A model generated the notes under the pieces. That model did no database searches, had not been told where the DNA came from, and worked only from the letters and a program-made list of their open reading frames with translations. DNA of 64,000 nt. It comes from Rebecca billardiae RCC1528 (Eukaryota > Protista > Haptophyta). The position numbers and the translations under genes are program-made. Below are positions 9,206 to 22,700 of the stretch, piece by piece. Where the stretch lies: NCBI GenBank assembly GCA_965240325.2, contig OZ251231.1, positions 558,001-622,000 of the forward strand, read 5' to 3'. Position 1 is the stretch's first letter, and each line of letters starts with the position of its first letter.

Positions 9206-11450
9206 TCAGAACAGCCGTCGGCCGCCGAGCGAGGGCGCGGCGGCCGCAGCCGCGGCGCCCGCGGCGCCCGCGCCGGCGGCGTCTCCGCCGCTGCCATCGC
9301 CGAGCACGCTCGCGACTATCAGCTCGACCTCCTTCTCGGACTCGCCGGCGGTCTTCCGGCGCATGAGCTTGGTCAGCCCGCCCGCGGCGCAGATGAACAG
9401 GCTCTGCACCGTCGACTCGAACGAGCCCGCCGAGAACCACCCCTGGATCGCGAGGAAGATGAAAGTGAACACAAACGTGAGCCAGAGCGCGAGCATCATG
9501 AGCGCGAGCGCGATGCGTGCGTCCGAGACGCCCATCGTCTCCGCGGCCTCCTCGATCATCTGCTCGACGAGGAAGTCCCAGCCGTCCTCGAACTGCGGGG
9601 CGGCACGCGCCGGCGGGAGGGCGGTGAGCGCGCGGCACGGCGGCGCGCGCGCGCGGGAGCGCCGGCTCGGGCTCGGCGCGGCGCGGCGGGGACGGGCGCG
9701 GCCGCGCGCGCCGCCCGGCCCGAGCAGGCGGCGGCGCGCGCGCCGGGCGCGGCGGTCTCACCTCCTTCTGGTCGATGAAGCCGTCGCCCGAGATGTCCAT
9801 GAAGGCGAAGAGCTGCTCGCGCCGCGCCTCCGAGAGCTGCAGCCCGAACCGCGTGAACATCTCGTCGAAGTCGGCGACGGCGAGCCGCGCCTCCGGCCGG
9901 CCGTGCGAAAGCATCGCAAAGACATCCGAAGGCAGTAGCGTCCCGTTGTCATCCTCCATCGCCTCAGGGAGGGCCTGCTCGGTGGCGATGACGGCGGGGG
10001 CCTCGGTCATGCCCGCGCGCGTCCCGCCCACCGCGCTCGCCGCGGGCAGCGCGCCGCCGCCGCCGCCGCCCGGCGGCACCCCCAGCGCCGTCGCCACGGG
10101 CATGCCGCAAGTCGAGTAAACATCCGATTGGTTGCAGTCGGGCATCGCGACTGTCGGCGGCGCGACCACGGCCGCCTCCTCGTCCGCGACGAGGACGGTC
10201 TGGCCGAGGACCTGGGTGCGCGTGAGCCCGACGTCGCGGAGCTGCGCCGCGCGCCGCTCGGCGGCGTACGCGTCCTTCGCGCGGCGCAGCACGCCGCGCA
10301 GCTGCGACTGGAACGCTGCGGCGAGCGCGGTGCGCAGCGCGCGCGCGGCAGTCATCAGCTCGCGCCGCGTCGTGAGCACAACTGCGATGCCGACGATGAT
10401 GGCGGTGCCGGCGGGCAGGAAGGAGTCGGGGTCGAGCACGGCGGCGAGCAGGCACCAGGTCAGCGCGAGCGTCACGTGGAGCAGCAGCACCGTCGAGTGC
10501 AGCAGCAGCAGCGCGGCGTACAGCTTGGCGCACGCGCGGTCGACGGCGCGCGCGCCCATGAGCAGAGCGGCGCGCGCGCGAGCGGCGACGCGGCGCGCGC
10601 CGCCGCCGTCCGCGGACGCGGACGCGCCGGCCGAGGCGCGCGGTGGTGCGGCGCGGCAGCACGCGGCGCCGACGAGCGCGCGCATCGAGAGCCCCGAGTA
10701 CTGCAGCAGCATGTGCACCAGCGTCAGCGCGGTGAAGGCGAGCAGCTCGACCACCTCCAGCCGCACGTACGGCAGAATCAGCGGCCAGTCGGTGAGAAGT
10801 GCGGACGTCCACGCGCCGCGGCGCGCGGACTGCCACGCGAAGAGCTGCCACCACTCGAGCGGGAGCGCGGGCGCGGTGGTGCGCGCGTACACCGACTGCG
10901 CGTACAGCGACGCCGCGAGCAGCACCAGCCCGGGGCCCACCAGCAGCCAGAAGTGAAGGCCGACCGCATAGGCCTCGAGACCAAAGTGCTGGCAGCTGAG
11001 AACGGGCGGCTGCGGCGCGCGTGCGCCGCCCGCCGCGGCGTCGGCGGGCTTGGCGCTGCCGCTGCCGGTGCTGCGCGCGGAGACGGGCGGCGGCGGCCCG
11101 GCGGACAGCAGCTCCATCCCGTACACCGTGCGCTGCCGCGACTCGAGCACGACCACGCCGAGCTCGCTGAGCGCGTGCGTGACCTCAACCTCGCGCGGCG
11201 AGCGCACGCCCTCCGCCCGGCACCAGGCGCGCAGCTCGGCCGCAAAGGAGCGGCCGTCGCCCTCGTCGACGGAGGAGAGGTACTGCGTCGAGCCGATGAC
11301 GAGCTCGCACCGCGCCGCGACGAACTGACGCACGTGCAGCGTCGCGTTGAGGAACGCGGTCGCCGGGTCTGGCTCCTCGGTGGGCGGCGCTTGGATGGCG
11401 GGCTGCGGCGGCGCCGCGTTGGCGCGCCGGCCTGAAAGCCAACCGAAAAG

Positions 11451-11483
<33 letters not shown>

Positions 11484-14400
11484 CTGCTTGCGCGTGGGCT
11501 GCTTCTGCAGGCCGCCCGCGCCGCTCATGCGGGTATTGCCGCTCGGCAGCGGCTCCTTCTCCATCGCGGCGAGCACGTCCGCGCGCAGCGGCAGGCGCGC
11601 CGGCGTCCCAGACGGCTCGGAGTGCGCGGCCGCGGCCGCGGCCGCTGAGTGCGTGCTCTGGTCTGTGCCTCCGCGCTGGCCTGGGCCCCCCGGGGCGGGC
11701 TCGTCGAAGGGCGAGCCGTTGCGCTCGCGCGGCGGGGGCGTGCCCGCGGGCTCCGTCTCGCCGGCGCCGCTCGAGGCCGCGCGCCCGCCGCTCTCGCCGC
11801 TCTCAGCGCGCGCGCGGCCGTTCGCGCCGCCCTCCTCGCCATCGCCGCCGCCGTCGGCCGCAGGGCGGGCGCCCGCGCTGTCGCGGCGCGGGCGCGCGCC
11901 GTCCGTCGCCCCGTCGGCGCCGCCGCCCTCGCCCTCGCCCGCCGCGCCGTCGCGCCCGCCCGCAGCCGCGTCGCCAAAGGCCGGGCTGGACGACGCCGCG
12001 CCGCCGCGCCCGAGCGCCGCCGGCCCGCCGCCGTCCGCGCCCTCCTCCTCCTCCGCCTTCCACCGAAGCCCTTGGAATCGAAGCAACGGCTCGACGGCGA
12101 CGCGGCAGTTGAACGTGCCGATGAGCATGCGCTGCACCGCGTCGCGGCTCGGCTCAATCTCGAGCCCGTACTGCCAGCAGTAGATCTCGTACGCCGAGAT
12201 CAGGTCGTCCATCGGCACCGTCGGGCGGCCATGTGCTTCGTCAATCCGCAGCTCGGTGCGCAGCTCGTGCGACGGCGTCGGGTCGCCAAAGCCGCGCGCG
12301 ATCGAGCCGCGCGCGGCGCGCCGCGTGCCCGGCAGCCGCCGCCCGAGCATCCGCCCGCGCGCCTTCGAGCCCTTGCCCCCCTGCCCCCCGCGCTCCGAGC
12401 CGCCGCGCGCGCCGCGCCCCACGCCCAGCGCCTCGTCGTCCAGCGCGCACATGTCTCTCACGAACGCCGGGAATGAGCGCACCGAGCGCCGCCGAACCGG
12501 GTCGACAAACAGCGTCGAGATGAAGGCGAGCGGCATCTCGAAGACGTTGAAGGTGGGCTCGCCGCCGCGCTGCTGCGACGAGCCCGCCTCCGCGCCGCCG
12601 CCGCCGCCATCCACGTGGTGCGGGCTGTTGTCGTCATGGCTTTTATTCTCATTATTCTGGCTCACGCCGTAATTCACGCCGTACGCAAACTCGAGCTCGA
12701 GGCCCTTCGAGCGGAGCACGCGCAGCTTGGACTGCTCGTCCTTCCACGTGCGGCGCATGAGCTCGCGCGCGGTGGAGTGCAGCGCGGTGAGCACGCCCAC
12801 CACCACGATCAGCGCCGAGAGCACCGACATGAGCACGGCCGCCTGCAGCGTGCGCGAGACGCGCGACGCGGACAGCGGCTGCACGCGCACGGTCGGCGGC
12901 ACAGCATGGCCGCCCGCCGTGCCGTCGGCGCCGTCCTCCGTGCGGATCACCTCGTACAGCGCGTGCGAGGTGCCCGTGAGGCCGAAGCGCGACATCCAGC
13001 TCTTCCGCCGCGGGCCCTCCACCTCGCCCTCGCCCGCCTCCTCCGCCACGTCCTCCTCCAGCCGCGCCGCCACCGAGCCGTCGTCGTCGCCCGGCGCCGC
13101 GGCCGCGCCCTCGTCCGGTTTCAGACTCTCGAGCATAGCCGCGTCGTCGGGCGAGACGACGAGGAGGAGCGAGCCGCGCGCGGAGCGGGTGGACTTGCCG
13201 TTGGAGAGAAGCGCGCGCTTGAGCCCGTCGTGGATCGCCGCGAGCCGCGCCGCGTGGTCCGCGTACACAGCCTCCTCGCACAGCGCGCGCTCGGATGACG
13301 ACGCGAGGGCGTCGGAGATATCAGCTGGGAGGTAGGCGGGCGCGCACGGCACCGCGCGCGTGGCGGCGGCGGTGGTGTTCTCGTCGCAGCCCGCGTGGTG
13401 GAAGCGCACGCGGTACCGGCGCAGCGCGGGCACGAGCGTGCCCAGCGAGAGGTGCGCGAGCGTCGCCGGCTCGAGCACGTGGTACACCTTCGGCAGCGCG
13501 CGGGCGCACAGCCGACGGTGGCGCGGCGCGGCGAGGGGCGCCCGAGCAGAGCCGTGGGCGGCGGCGGCGGCGGCGCGGCGCGGCGCGGCGCGGCGCGGGA
13601 AGGCTCGTGAGCGCGTGTTGGCGGGCGCGCGGCGCACGAGGCGGGCGCGGGCGTGGCACGCGCGGCGCACGCGCGGCGCGCGCGCGGCGCGCGCACCTGC
13701 GCCGTCGCGTACGCCCACATCGAGCGCGGCACGCCCGGCGCGGCCGGCACGTCGAAAATAATAAATCCGTGCTTTGTCGTACCCTGGTCGCCAAACACTG
13801 GCCCGACTTCGGTCTGCAGCCGCTTCGCGTCGGCGGGGATGATGCGGATGCCCGGGTAGCGCGCCTCGGGGGCGAGGAAGCTCGCCTCGCCGCCGCGCGG
13901 CGCGGCCGCCGACGACGCGTGCACCCGGCTCCCGCGCCACGCGCGCAGCGAGAGAGGCCACGCGGTGAGCTCGCGCGCGAGGCGGATGCCGACGCGCACG
14001 CTGCCGCCGGGCGCGTCGAGCGCGCTCCAGACGACGGGCACGGCGGCGGCGGCGGCGGCGGAGGCGGCGGCGGCGGCGGAGGCGGCGGCGCCGACGCTCG
14101 CGCCGACCACGTCCGCGAGGCTCGCCTCGAGCGCGAAGGCCGACGTGCCGTTCGTGCCGTTCGCCCGGAGCGACGCCGCAGTGTCGTTGGCGGCCGCGGG
14201 CGGCGGCGGCAGGCTGGGCCGGCGCGGCGCCGCGGGCGCGCCCGCCGGCCTCGTGCTCACGCCGCCCGTCGGCGTGACGAGCACGCTCGCGCGGCAGTCG
14301 GGGACGAGCTGCGTGAGGTTGAGCGCGAGCACGCGGCGCAGGAACTCGCCGTTCGACAGCAGGTTCGCGCGGTTGGCGAAGCCGCTCGGTGAGTCCGTGT

Positions 14401-15964
14401 CGGCGGCGCCGCCCGAGCCGGCCGACGCGGCGCTCGGCGCCCACGAGAAGATCTTCCACGAGAGCGGGTCGCACCACGTGCCGTAGGGGCAGGAGGCGGC
14501 GCCGCAGCAGATGGGCACGGAGGGCAGCACGCCGAGGAACTCGTCGCGGTCGATGAAGTGGTCCTTGTCCGTGTCGAACCGCGCGAGCATCTGGTTGGTG
14601 TAGAAGGGCGTGTCGCTGTTCTTCCATGAGCTGAACGTTCCGGAAGTTTCGCCCGGCAGCTCGAGCCCGCCCGCGCACGAGCCCGCCGCGGCGGCGCGCG
14701 AGGCGGGGGCGGCGGCGGGCGCGCGGCACGCGCGCGAGGCGTCGGGCGGCGCCGCCTCCGCCGCGACGCACTCGTAGTTCATCGGCTGGTGCACGCGCAG
14801 CTCGAGCGGGCGGGACTTGTGCGGCAGGGGTGCGTCAATGTTGATCATGCCGGAGCGCGTGCGCACGTCCACGGCCGCGCTCGGCCCGAGGGAGCACTCC
14901 TGGCAGAAGAGGCTGCCGCGGTCGAGCGAGGCGTACAGCGCGTGCGTCACCGCGAGCCGGCTCGCCACCACCTCGAGCGTCGGCCCCGTCACGTCCCAGA
15001 ACTGCCCGGCGTTGCCGCGCACGCGCAGCGTCTTGAGCCGCACGCCAAAGATGCCAAGCATCAGCGTCGGCGACGGGTCGTCGGGCTCCTGCGAGACGTG
15101 GAGCTCCTTGGCGCCGGTGGGCACGCGGATCGTCACGACGCACTGGTGCGCGCACCGCTGGAACGGCAGGCGGAAGCACGGGGAGACGGCGCGCGCCAGC
15201 ACGTGGTGCACGACGTCGTCGCCGCTGACGGCAGACCAGTGCACGCGCGTCGTCGCGCGCATGCCGCGCACGGACACCTTGCCGAGCACGCGCTGCGGCG
15301 CCGGCGAGGGCTCGGCGCCGGGCCTGGCGGTGCGCGTGGTCGGCAGCATCCGCACGTCGCACCCCGACACGTCCACCGCGAACGTGCGCGCCGGGTCGAA
15401 CGACTGCGTGAAGACGACCTCGTCGAAGGGCAGGTGCGCAAAGCGGATCGCGAGGCAGACCGAGACGATCGTGAGCGCCCAGCAGATGAGGCGCAGCGTG
15501 CGCTGCCGGCTGACGGCGGGCGGCGCGCGAGGGATGATCGGGCGGCGCGCGGGCGGCGGGCTCAGCGTCACGGCGCGGCTGCCGCCACCGCCGCCGGCGG
15601 CGGCGGTGGCCGCGGTGGCGGCGGCGCCGCCGGCGGCACCGGCGCCATCGCCGCCGCCGCCGCCGCCACCGCCGCCGGTGAGGACTTGCACCTGCTCCTG
15701 CACGTGCGCGACCACGTTCGCGAGCGGCTGGAAGATGCCCGGCAGCTCCATCGCCGAGGCCGCCGCGGGGGCCGCCTCCTCCGCCACGGGCGCGTCCGCG
15801 AGCGCGCCGCCCACCTCGGCCGCCGACGTCGGCGAGAGGCCGTCCGCGCGGTCGTCAGCGGGGTCCGCGCCGCTGCGCCGCTCGCTGCGCGAGACGCGAC
15901 CATCAAGCAGCTCGCGCGAGTCCTCGTGCCGCGCCGCCGGCATCGACGCGCACGCTTGACCCAT
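9206..15964 (-). CDS. Large (~2126 aa) polytopic membrane protein with two EF-hand motifs and two putative winged-helix domains; exons 15964-13697, 13487-9762, 9592-9206
   Basis: Three long ORF segments are joined by phase-0 GT-AG introns (13488-13696, 9593-9761). EF-hand loops DTDKDHFIDRDE and DISGDGFIDQKE (the second is followed by FEDGW after splicing). About 8-9 hydrophobic segments. Confidence 0.75.
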
Positions 15965-16726
15965 GCTGCCGTCGCGCCGCCGGAGAGCGGCAGGGGGAAG
16001 TTGGGCGGCAGCAGCGACGCAAGCTGCTTCGTGTGCCGCACTGCTTCGTCATCCGCCGGTCGAGGGTAATTTCTGAAATTGGGGGTAAGTAATACCTGGA
16101 AAATCAAGAAGGACGGGGGTGAGTCGTAACAAAGGAATGAACGGGGGTTGTAAGTGTATGCAAGTATTCATACCAAGGGGCTTACAAAATACCACAAGCC
16201 CCTTGTTCATACTACATTGATGCGAGTATTTGTGCTTTCGCATAATTTATGACGAGGCTGACGTCATCCGGCGAATATTCGCTCATTGGGAACCGGACAA
16301 ACCGACCGTACCCGGACCGGACAAATCCGTTTCTTGCCGTTTCTGCCCGACGGGCCGACAGCCCGAACGGCGAACGATGTGCATCCGGATAGTTAAACCT
16401 GTTTATAATACGTGTTCTGCTCATTTCTATGTACTTTCAACTTGCAAAAATGCTATTGAATGAGCCATGAGAGTTAAATAATAGGGTATCGATCGTCGGC
16501 TATTCATCATCCAGGCGCCACCAAACGGCATTCGCGATGAGAGTCCGAATACAGCTCCTAACCGATTCTAATGGATCGATATTCATTGCGCACTCTCATC
16601 AACCGCGTGCGTGGCGTGCAACCAATTGGTGCAACCCACCCTAAACCGATCCAATTCGGGTTCCCTGCCCCCCGGGACGGCGCGTGACTCGGTTCCCCTT
16701 CGCCACTGCTTGCCAGCACTGAGCCG

Positions 16727-19700
16727 ATGACGCGGACGTCCGCGCTCGGGGCGCTCGCGCTCCTCACCTTCTCCGTGCCCTCCGCAGCCGCGGCCGGCGC
16801 GGTGCTCGCCGGCGTCACGCCAACGGGCGCGCCGCTCAGCGCGGCCGCGGCCGAGCTCGCGCTCACGCTGCGCGGCGCGGGCTTCGACTCGCTCGCCGAC
16901 GCGGGCGCCTTGAGCTGCGCGTTCGCGCCGGCTGAGGCTGGGGGCGGGTACGCGCTCGCGCCCAGCGCCACCACGCCCGCCACCCTCGTCGACGACCGCA
17001 CGGCCACCTGCGCGCCGCCGGCTGCGGGCGAGCTGGGCGCGCACGGCGCCGGTGCGTTTGCCCTTCGGCTGCTCGCGGCCGCCGGCGCGCGCGAGGTGCC
17101 CGCGCTCTTCGACGAGGTGAGCGTGACGATGTACAACACGGCGAGCGTGGTCGTCCACGCGCTGCACCCGCCCGCCGGCCCCGTGGGCGGGGGCACCGTC
17201 GTGACGCTCGAGGGGCGCGGGTTTGCCGATCACGGCGACGGCCAGCTGTGCTGCGTGCTGCCCGCCGTGGACGCGCGCGCGTGCGCCGCGCCCGCGGAGC
17301 TGCTGCCCAGCGTGAACGGCACGAGCCGCGCGCGCTGCACCACCCCGCCCGCGGCCGCCGCCGCGTCCGTGCCGCTCGAGCTCTCGCTGCGCGCGGGCGC
17401 GCCCAACTCGAGCACCGCCTCCGGCATGCAATTTCACTACTACGACGAGCCGACTGTTTCGTCGATCCTGCCGACGAGCGGCCCGTTCGGCGGCGGCACG
17501 GCGGTGCGCGGCTCGGGCTTCGACGCGCTGCTCGACGCGGGGCTCGACCCGCGCGAGCTGCTCCGCGTATCCTTCGGCGGCGCCGTCGCGCCCGCCGCGC
17601 AGTCGGTCGAGGAGGGCTCGGTCGTCGTCAACGCGCCCGGCCACGGCCTGCACGGCGCGGCGCAGGTTCGGGTCGCGCTGAACGGGCAGCAGTTCTCGCC
17701 GGCGGCGCAGGCGGAGGGTGGCGGCGTGCTCTTCACGCCGACCGGGCTCCACGCGCCCGCCCTCCTCCGCGCGCACCTCGGCGCCACCGCCACCACCCTC
17801 GAGCTCCACTTCGACGCGCAGCCGACCGACCGCGCGTCGATGCCGCCGGGCGCGTCCGCGTGCGCGCCGGTGCTCGACGACGCGACCCTCGCGCTCGTGC
17901 GCGGCGAGGGCGAGGCGGCGGCGGTGTGCGAGTGGGCGGGCGCGAGCCTGCTCGTCGCGCAGCTCGGCCCGCGCACCGCCCTCGCCCCCGGCGCCGCCGT
18001 CGGCGTGCGCGCCGGCGCCGTCGGGCCGGCGTCGTGCGCGCCCGCGTGTTCCGAGAACCTTCTCGCGGAAGCTCAGACGGCGACCGTGCCGCTCGACGCG
18101 CCGTGCGGCGAGGGCGGTGCGTGCCCCGCGCCGTCGGCGGCGCTGAGCGGCGCGCGCAGCGTCTCGTCGTGCGCCAACGAGACCCTCCGCCTCGACGCGA
18201 CCGCCTCCACCGGCGGCGGCGCCGCCTACCCACTCGAGTTCGACTGGCGCCTTGACCCGGCCACGACGGACGCGCCCGCGGCCGAGGCCGAGCGCGTGTC
18301 TGCGCAGCTGCGCGCGCTGCCGCCGACGGCGAGCGCGGCGCGCGTGGTGCTGCCGGCCGGCGGCGCGGCGTACGGCTTCGCCGTGCGCGTGCGCTCCGCC
18401 CTCGGCCCGCCCTCCGCGCCGGCGTTCTGGGCCGTCCAGCGCGTCGCGGCGCCCGCGCCCCAAGTGACTGTGGATGGGCCGGCGCGGCGCGCGGCGCGCG
18501 CGGACGTTGCACACGTGCTCAGCGCTGCGAGCACGCTGGCGGCGTGCTGGCCGGCGGGGATGTCGGCGGAGGTGGCGTACGCGTGGTCGGTGCTCGGCGT
18601 GACCGACGCGGAGACCGGAGAGCCCGTCGAGCTCGGCGCCGTCTCCGTCCCCGAGCTGAGCGCGCGCTCGGCTTCCGTGCGCGTGCCCGCGCGGTCGCTA
18701 AGTGGCGGCCATGCTTATGAGATCGGCGTCGTCGCGACCATGGCCGCGTGGCCCGCGGCGAGCGCGAACGCCAGCGTGACCCTCGTCGTGCGCGCGCAGC
18801 CGCTCCGCGCCGTCATCGCCGGCGGCGACCGCCGCGTCGGCGCCGCCGACGCGCTGCGCGTCGACGCGTCGGCGTCCGTCGACCCAGACGCGCCCGCCGC
18901 CGCCGACGCCGACGCCGCCGACGACGACGACGACGACGACGACGCCGACGCGGCGGCGGCGCCGCCGCCGCTGGCCTTCGCGTGGCGCTGGGTGCAGGGC
19001 ACGGCGGCGGGCGAGGCGGCGGAGGACGCGACGGTGGGGGTCGCCCTCGCCGCGCTCGCGGCCAACGCCACGGCCGCGCTCTTCGAGCTCCCGCCGGACT
19101 CGCTCCAGTCCGGCCGCTCGTACTTTCTCGAAGTTTCCGTCTCCGCGCCCGCGCGGCCAGAGGCGGCGCGCGCGCGCGCGGCCGTCGCGCTAGCAGTGGT
19201 GGCGGGCTCGGTGCCGACGATCCGCTTCGCGCCGCTCGAGGCGCCTGCGTACGTCTCCGACTTTGCGCTGCCCACCGCGCCGCGCCTCGCCATCCGCACC
19301 TCCCTCGACGACCCCGACGGCGGCAGCGCGCAGTGGGAGTTTGCATGGCGCGCGCTCGTGAATGGCGCGGGCGGCGCCGCGTCGGCCGCGCCGCTGAACC
19401 TGGCTGACACGTCGGCCGTGACGACGACGGGCGGCGTCGGGCCGTCGCTCGCGTTCCGGCGGGGCGCGCTCACGCCCGGCGCGACGTACACCTTCGAGCT
19501 CACCGCCTCCGCGCCCGGCCGAGCCTCCGCTCTCGGCTCCGTCACCGTCGCCATCCGCGCGCCGCCGTTCGCAGGCGGACTGTCGCTGGAGCCGAGTCGC
19601 GGCGTCGCGCTGACTACGGCGTTCGAGCTGAGCGCGCCGGGCTGGGTGCCGGCGGGCGACGGGCCGGAGGGGCTGCCGCTCGGGTACGCGTTCTCGCACG

Positions 19701-22700
19701 CGGGCACCCGTGCCGACGGCGGCGCGCTGCCCGCCGAGCCGCTCGGCCCCGAGCGCGCCTCCGCCCAGCTGCCCGAGCTGCTACTGCCCGCAGGCAACGG
19801 CACTGTGACTGTTCGCGTGTGCGACGCTCTGGGCGCGTGCGCGGCGCGCGGCACGGCGGTCGCGGTGGAGCCGCTGGGTGGCGAGGCGCGCGACGCGGTG
19901 CTCGCGACGCTCGCGGACGGCGCCGCGGTGCTCGCCGCCGCGGGCCGCGCCGACTCCGCCTACCGCCTCGTCCGCGCCATGGCCACAGAGCTCGACATCA
20001 GCGCGCAGACCAGCGGGGGCGCGGCCGGTCTCGCCGTCGACCGGAGCCGGCTGATCGAGCTGAGCGGGCTCGCGGCCGCGGCGGGCGGGACGGCGCTCAG
20101 CGCGGGCGCGCGCGCGCAGGCGGCGGCCGTGCTGCGCGCCGTGCTCAGCGGCGCGGCCGACGCCTCCGACGAGCTCGCCGCCGACGCGCGCTCCGGCGGC
20201 GCCGCGCAGGCCGCCGAGCTCGCCTCCCTCGCCGTCGAGACGGGCGTCGACGACGACACGGCGGCCAACTTGCTCGGCGCGGTCGACGGAGCGCTGAGCG
20301 GCGTGGCGGGCGCGGGCGGTGCCGACGCGGGCCGCGCGGTGCTGCCGGCGCCTCTGAGCCCCGACGAGGCCTCGAGCCTCCGCAACTCGGTCGAGTCCGC
20401 AGTCCGCGCGCTCGGCGCCGCGCTGCTTCCTGGCCTGGCGCGCGGCGAGGGCGCGGCGAGCGCGCGCGCGGGCTCGCTCTCCGTGACCGCGTCGCGCCAC
20501 GCGCCGAGCGCGCTCGGCGGCGCGAGCGTGAGCGCGCCGGGCGACCTCGGCTCCGTGCGCATCTCGGCGCAGGCCGTCGCGCGCGCGGTCGAGAGCAGCG
20601 CCACGCTCGGCGCAGACGAGGACACGGGCGGCGCCGGCGACGTCCGCGATCTGGCAGTTGTGCTCTGGTCCAGTGTGGCCAACGTGCACGAGCCGCCGGC
20701 CGCGGCGGGCTCGGCGGCGGACGGCACGGCACTGGGCGGGCTCGGCACGCGCGTGCTCTCGGCCACGGTCGTCTCGCCCACGCGCACGACCACCGCGCTC
20801 GAGGTGAGCGGGCTCGACGAGGCGGGTGCGCTCGTTCTGCGCATTCCGCGCGCCGCCGGCGCGACCGCCGACGACGCCGTCGACCAGTGCCTCTGGTGGA
20901 ACGAGGCCGAGGCGCGGTGGTCGGGCGCGGGGTGCGAGGCGCGGGCGGACGAGTCGACAGCCGACAGCCTCGTGTGCGCGTGCACGCACCTCACCGACTT
21001 CGCCGGCGTGAGGGTGCCGAAGGACCGGGACGAGGCCGACGAGCAGGTGAGCGCGGTCAAGCTGACGACCGCAGACGACGATGACGCCCGCACCGCGCTT
21101 GACGCGGACCGCGCCGCTCCGGGCAGCTCCCTCATCCACAGTGTGATCTACGTTCTCGCCGCACTCAACGCGCTCGGTCTCGCCATCGCGCTGCTCGCCG
21201 ACCGGCGCGGGCTCGCGAGGCTCGGCGCGGCGGGCGGCGGCGGCGGTCTCAAGGCGCTCCAAGGCGGCTCGGCGACAGGTACTCATCGGGGCACCCCGAT
21301 GTCGGGCTCGCGCACTCCGGCCGTCGGCGGCGCGGGCGCGGTGCAGCCGACGGCGCCCTCGGTCGGCAGCGCTGGCTCGCACGCATCGACGCCGGCCGGG
21401 AGCGCGCGGCTCTCCGGCCCGTCCGCCGCGGTCGGGCTGCGCCGGGCGCCGAAGCAGTCGGCGACCGTCGCGCCCATCGTCGATCCAGACGGCCGAACGG
21501 CGACGCAGCGCGTGCGCGACCGCGCGCGCGAGACGGCCGTCGTGCCTATCGGCGAGCACGGCGCGCGGGCGGACGACGACGGCGCGGCGCCGGGCGCGGA
21601 GGCGGCCGAGGGCGCGCCGGCGCCGGCTGCCGGCGCGAAGGCCCCAGCCACCGCGGACCCTCCGGCCGCGTCGGCGCACGCGTCCGCGCCCGGCGCCGCC
21701 GTTCCTGACCGCGCGGCCGCGCAGCAGCCGCAGCAGCAGCAGCAGCAGCAGCAGCAGCCGCAGCAGCAGCAGCAGCAGCAGCAGCGCCGCGCCCCCGGGA
21801 CCCGGACGGCATCGCTCACGCTCTCCTCCTGGTCGTCCCGCTCGTCCAGCCTTCTCGACTCGACGCGGCTGTGGCGCGCGGCGGAGCGCGCCGCGTCCCT
21901 GCACCCGGTACTTGCGCTGTTCCGCGCATCAGACGGTCTCATCCGGCGCACCGAGCTCGCTCAGAGCCTCTTCAACCTGCTCGCCCTGCAGCTGGTGCTG
22001 GAGGCTCTCGTCTTCGAGTCCGGGCAGCAGACGCGCGCCGACGGCGACGGCGCGACGCGCGTCGAGCCGGAGCCGCCGGGGCTGCTCACGCTGCTGTTGT
22101 ACGCGCTGATCGTCGGCGCGATCGCCGCGCCCGCGCCGCCCCTCTTCCGGCTCATCTGGTGGGCGGGGCGCTCGTCCGCGCGCGAGCCGCCGTCGTGGCT
22201 CCTCTTCCGAGTCCTCCGCGCCGGCCCGCGCGCGCACGGCGCCGGCGGACTGGCAGAGGAGGGCGCGCGCTCGCGCGCCGGCGCCGGCGACGACGACGAG
22301 CTCGGCGTCCCGCCCATCTCGCGCTGGGCGCAGCGCGCGGCGGGCGGGCGCACGAGACTCACCGACGCGGAGGTGGCGACAATCCGTGACGCGCTCACGC
22401 GCGCCGAGCTCGCCATGCTCACCGAGCGCTTCGCCTCGCACGCCGCGCCGGCCGAGACGGGCGAGCCGATGCCGACGCTGTCCGAGGACGGCGTGCGCGG
22501 CATGCTCGACGCCGCCGACGAGCCGCTGCCGCCGGGGCTCGCGCGGCGGCTCACGCGCGAGCTCGACATCGGCCACGACGGCCAAGTCGACGAGGCGGAC
22601 TTTGTCGCGTGGTACGCGCGGCGCAAGCAGCTCGAGCGCGCGGCGGAGCCGCTGCAGCGCGCGCTGCGCCGCTGCGCGCCGCCCGACGCGGTGCGCGGCG

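Noticed and set aside
16060-16620. AT-rich spacer with a small hairpin (AAGGGGCTT..AAGCCCCTT) and CCGGAC repeats as an ncRNA or MITE
   Set aside because: No defined termini, TSD or recognisable RNA family; it is probably promoter or old TE sequence.
19781-21904. Long antisense or alternative-frame ORFs (e.g. 707 aa here, 839 aa at 41691-44210, 659 aa at 25673-27652)
   Set aside because: These are Arg/Ala/Gly/Pro-rich shadows of real genes, caused by stop-codon scarcity at very high GC.
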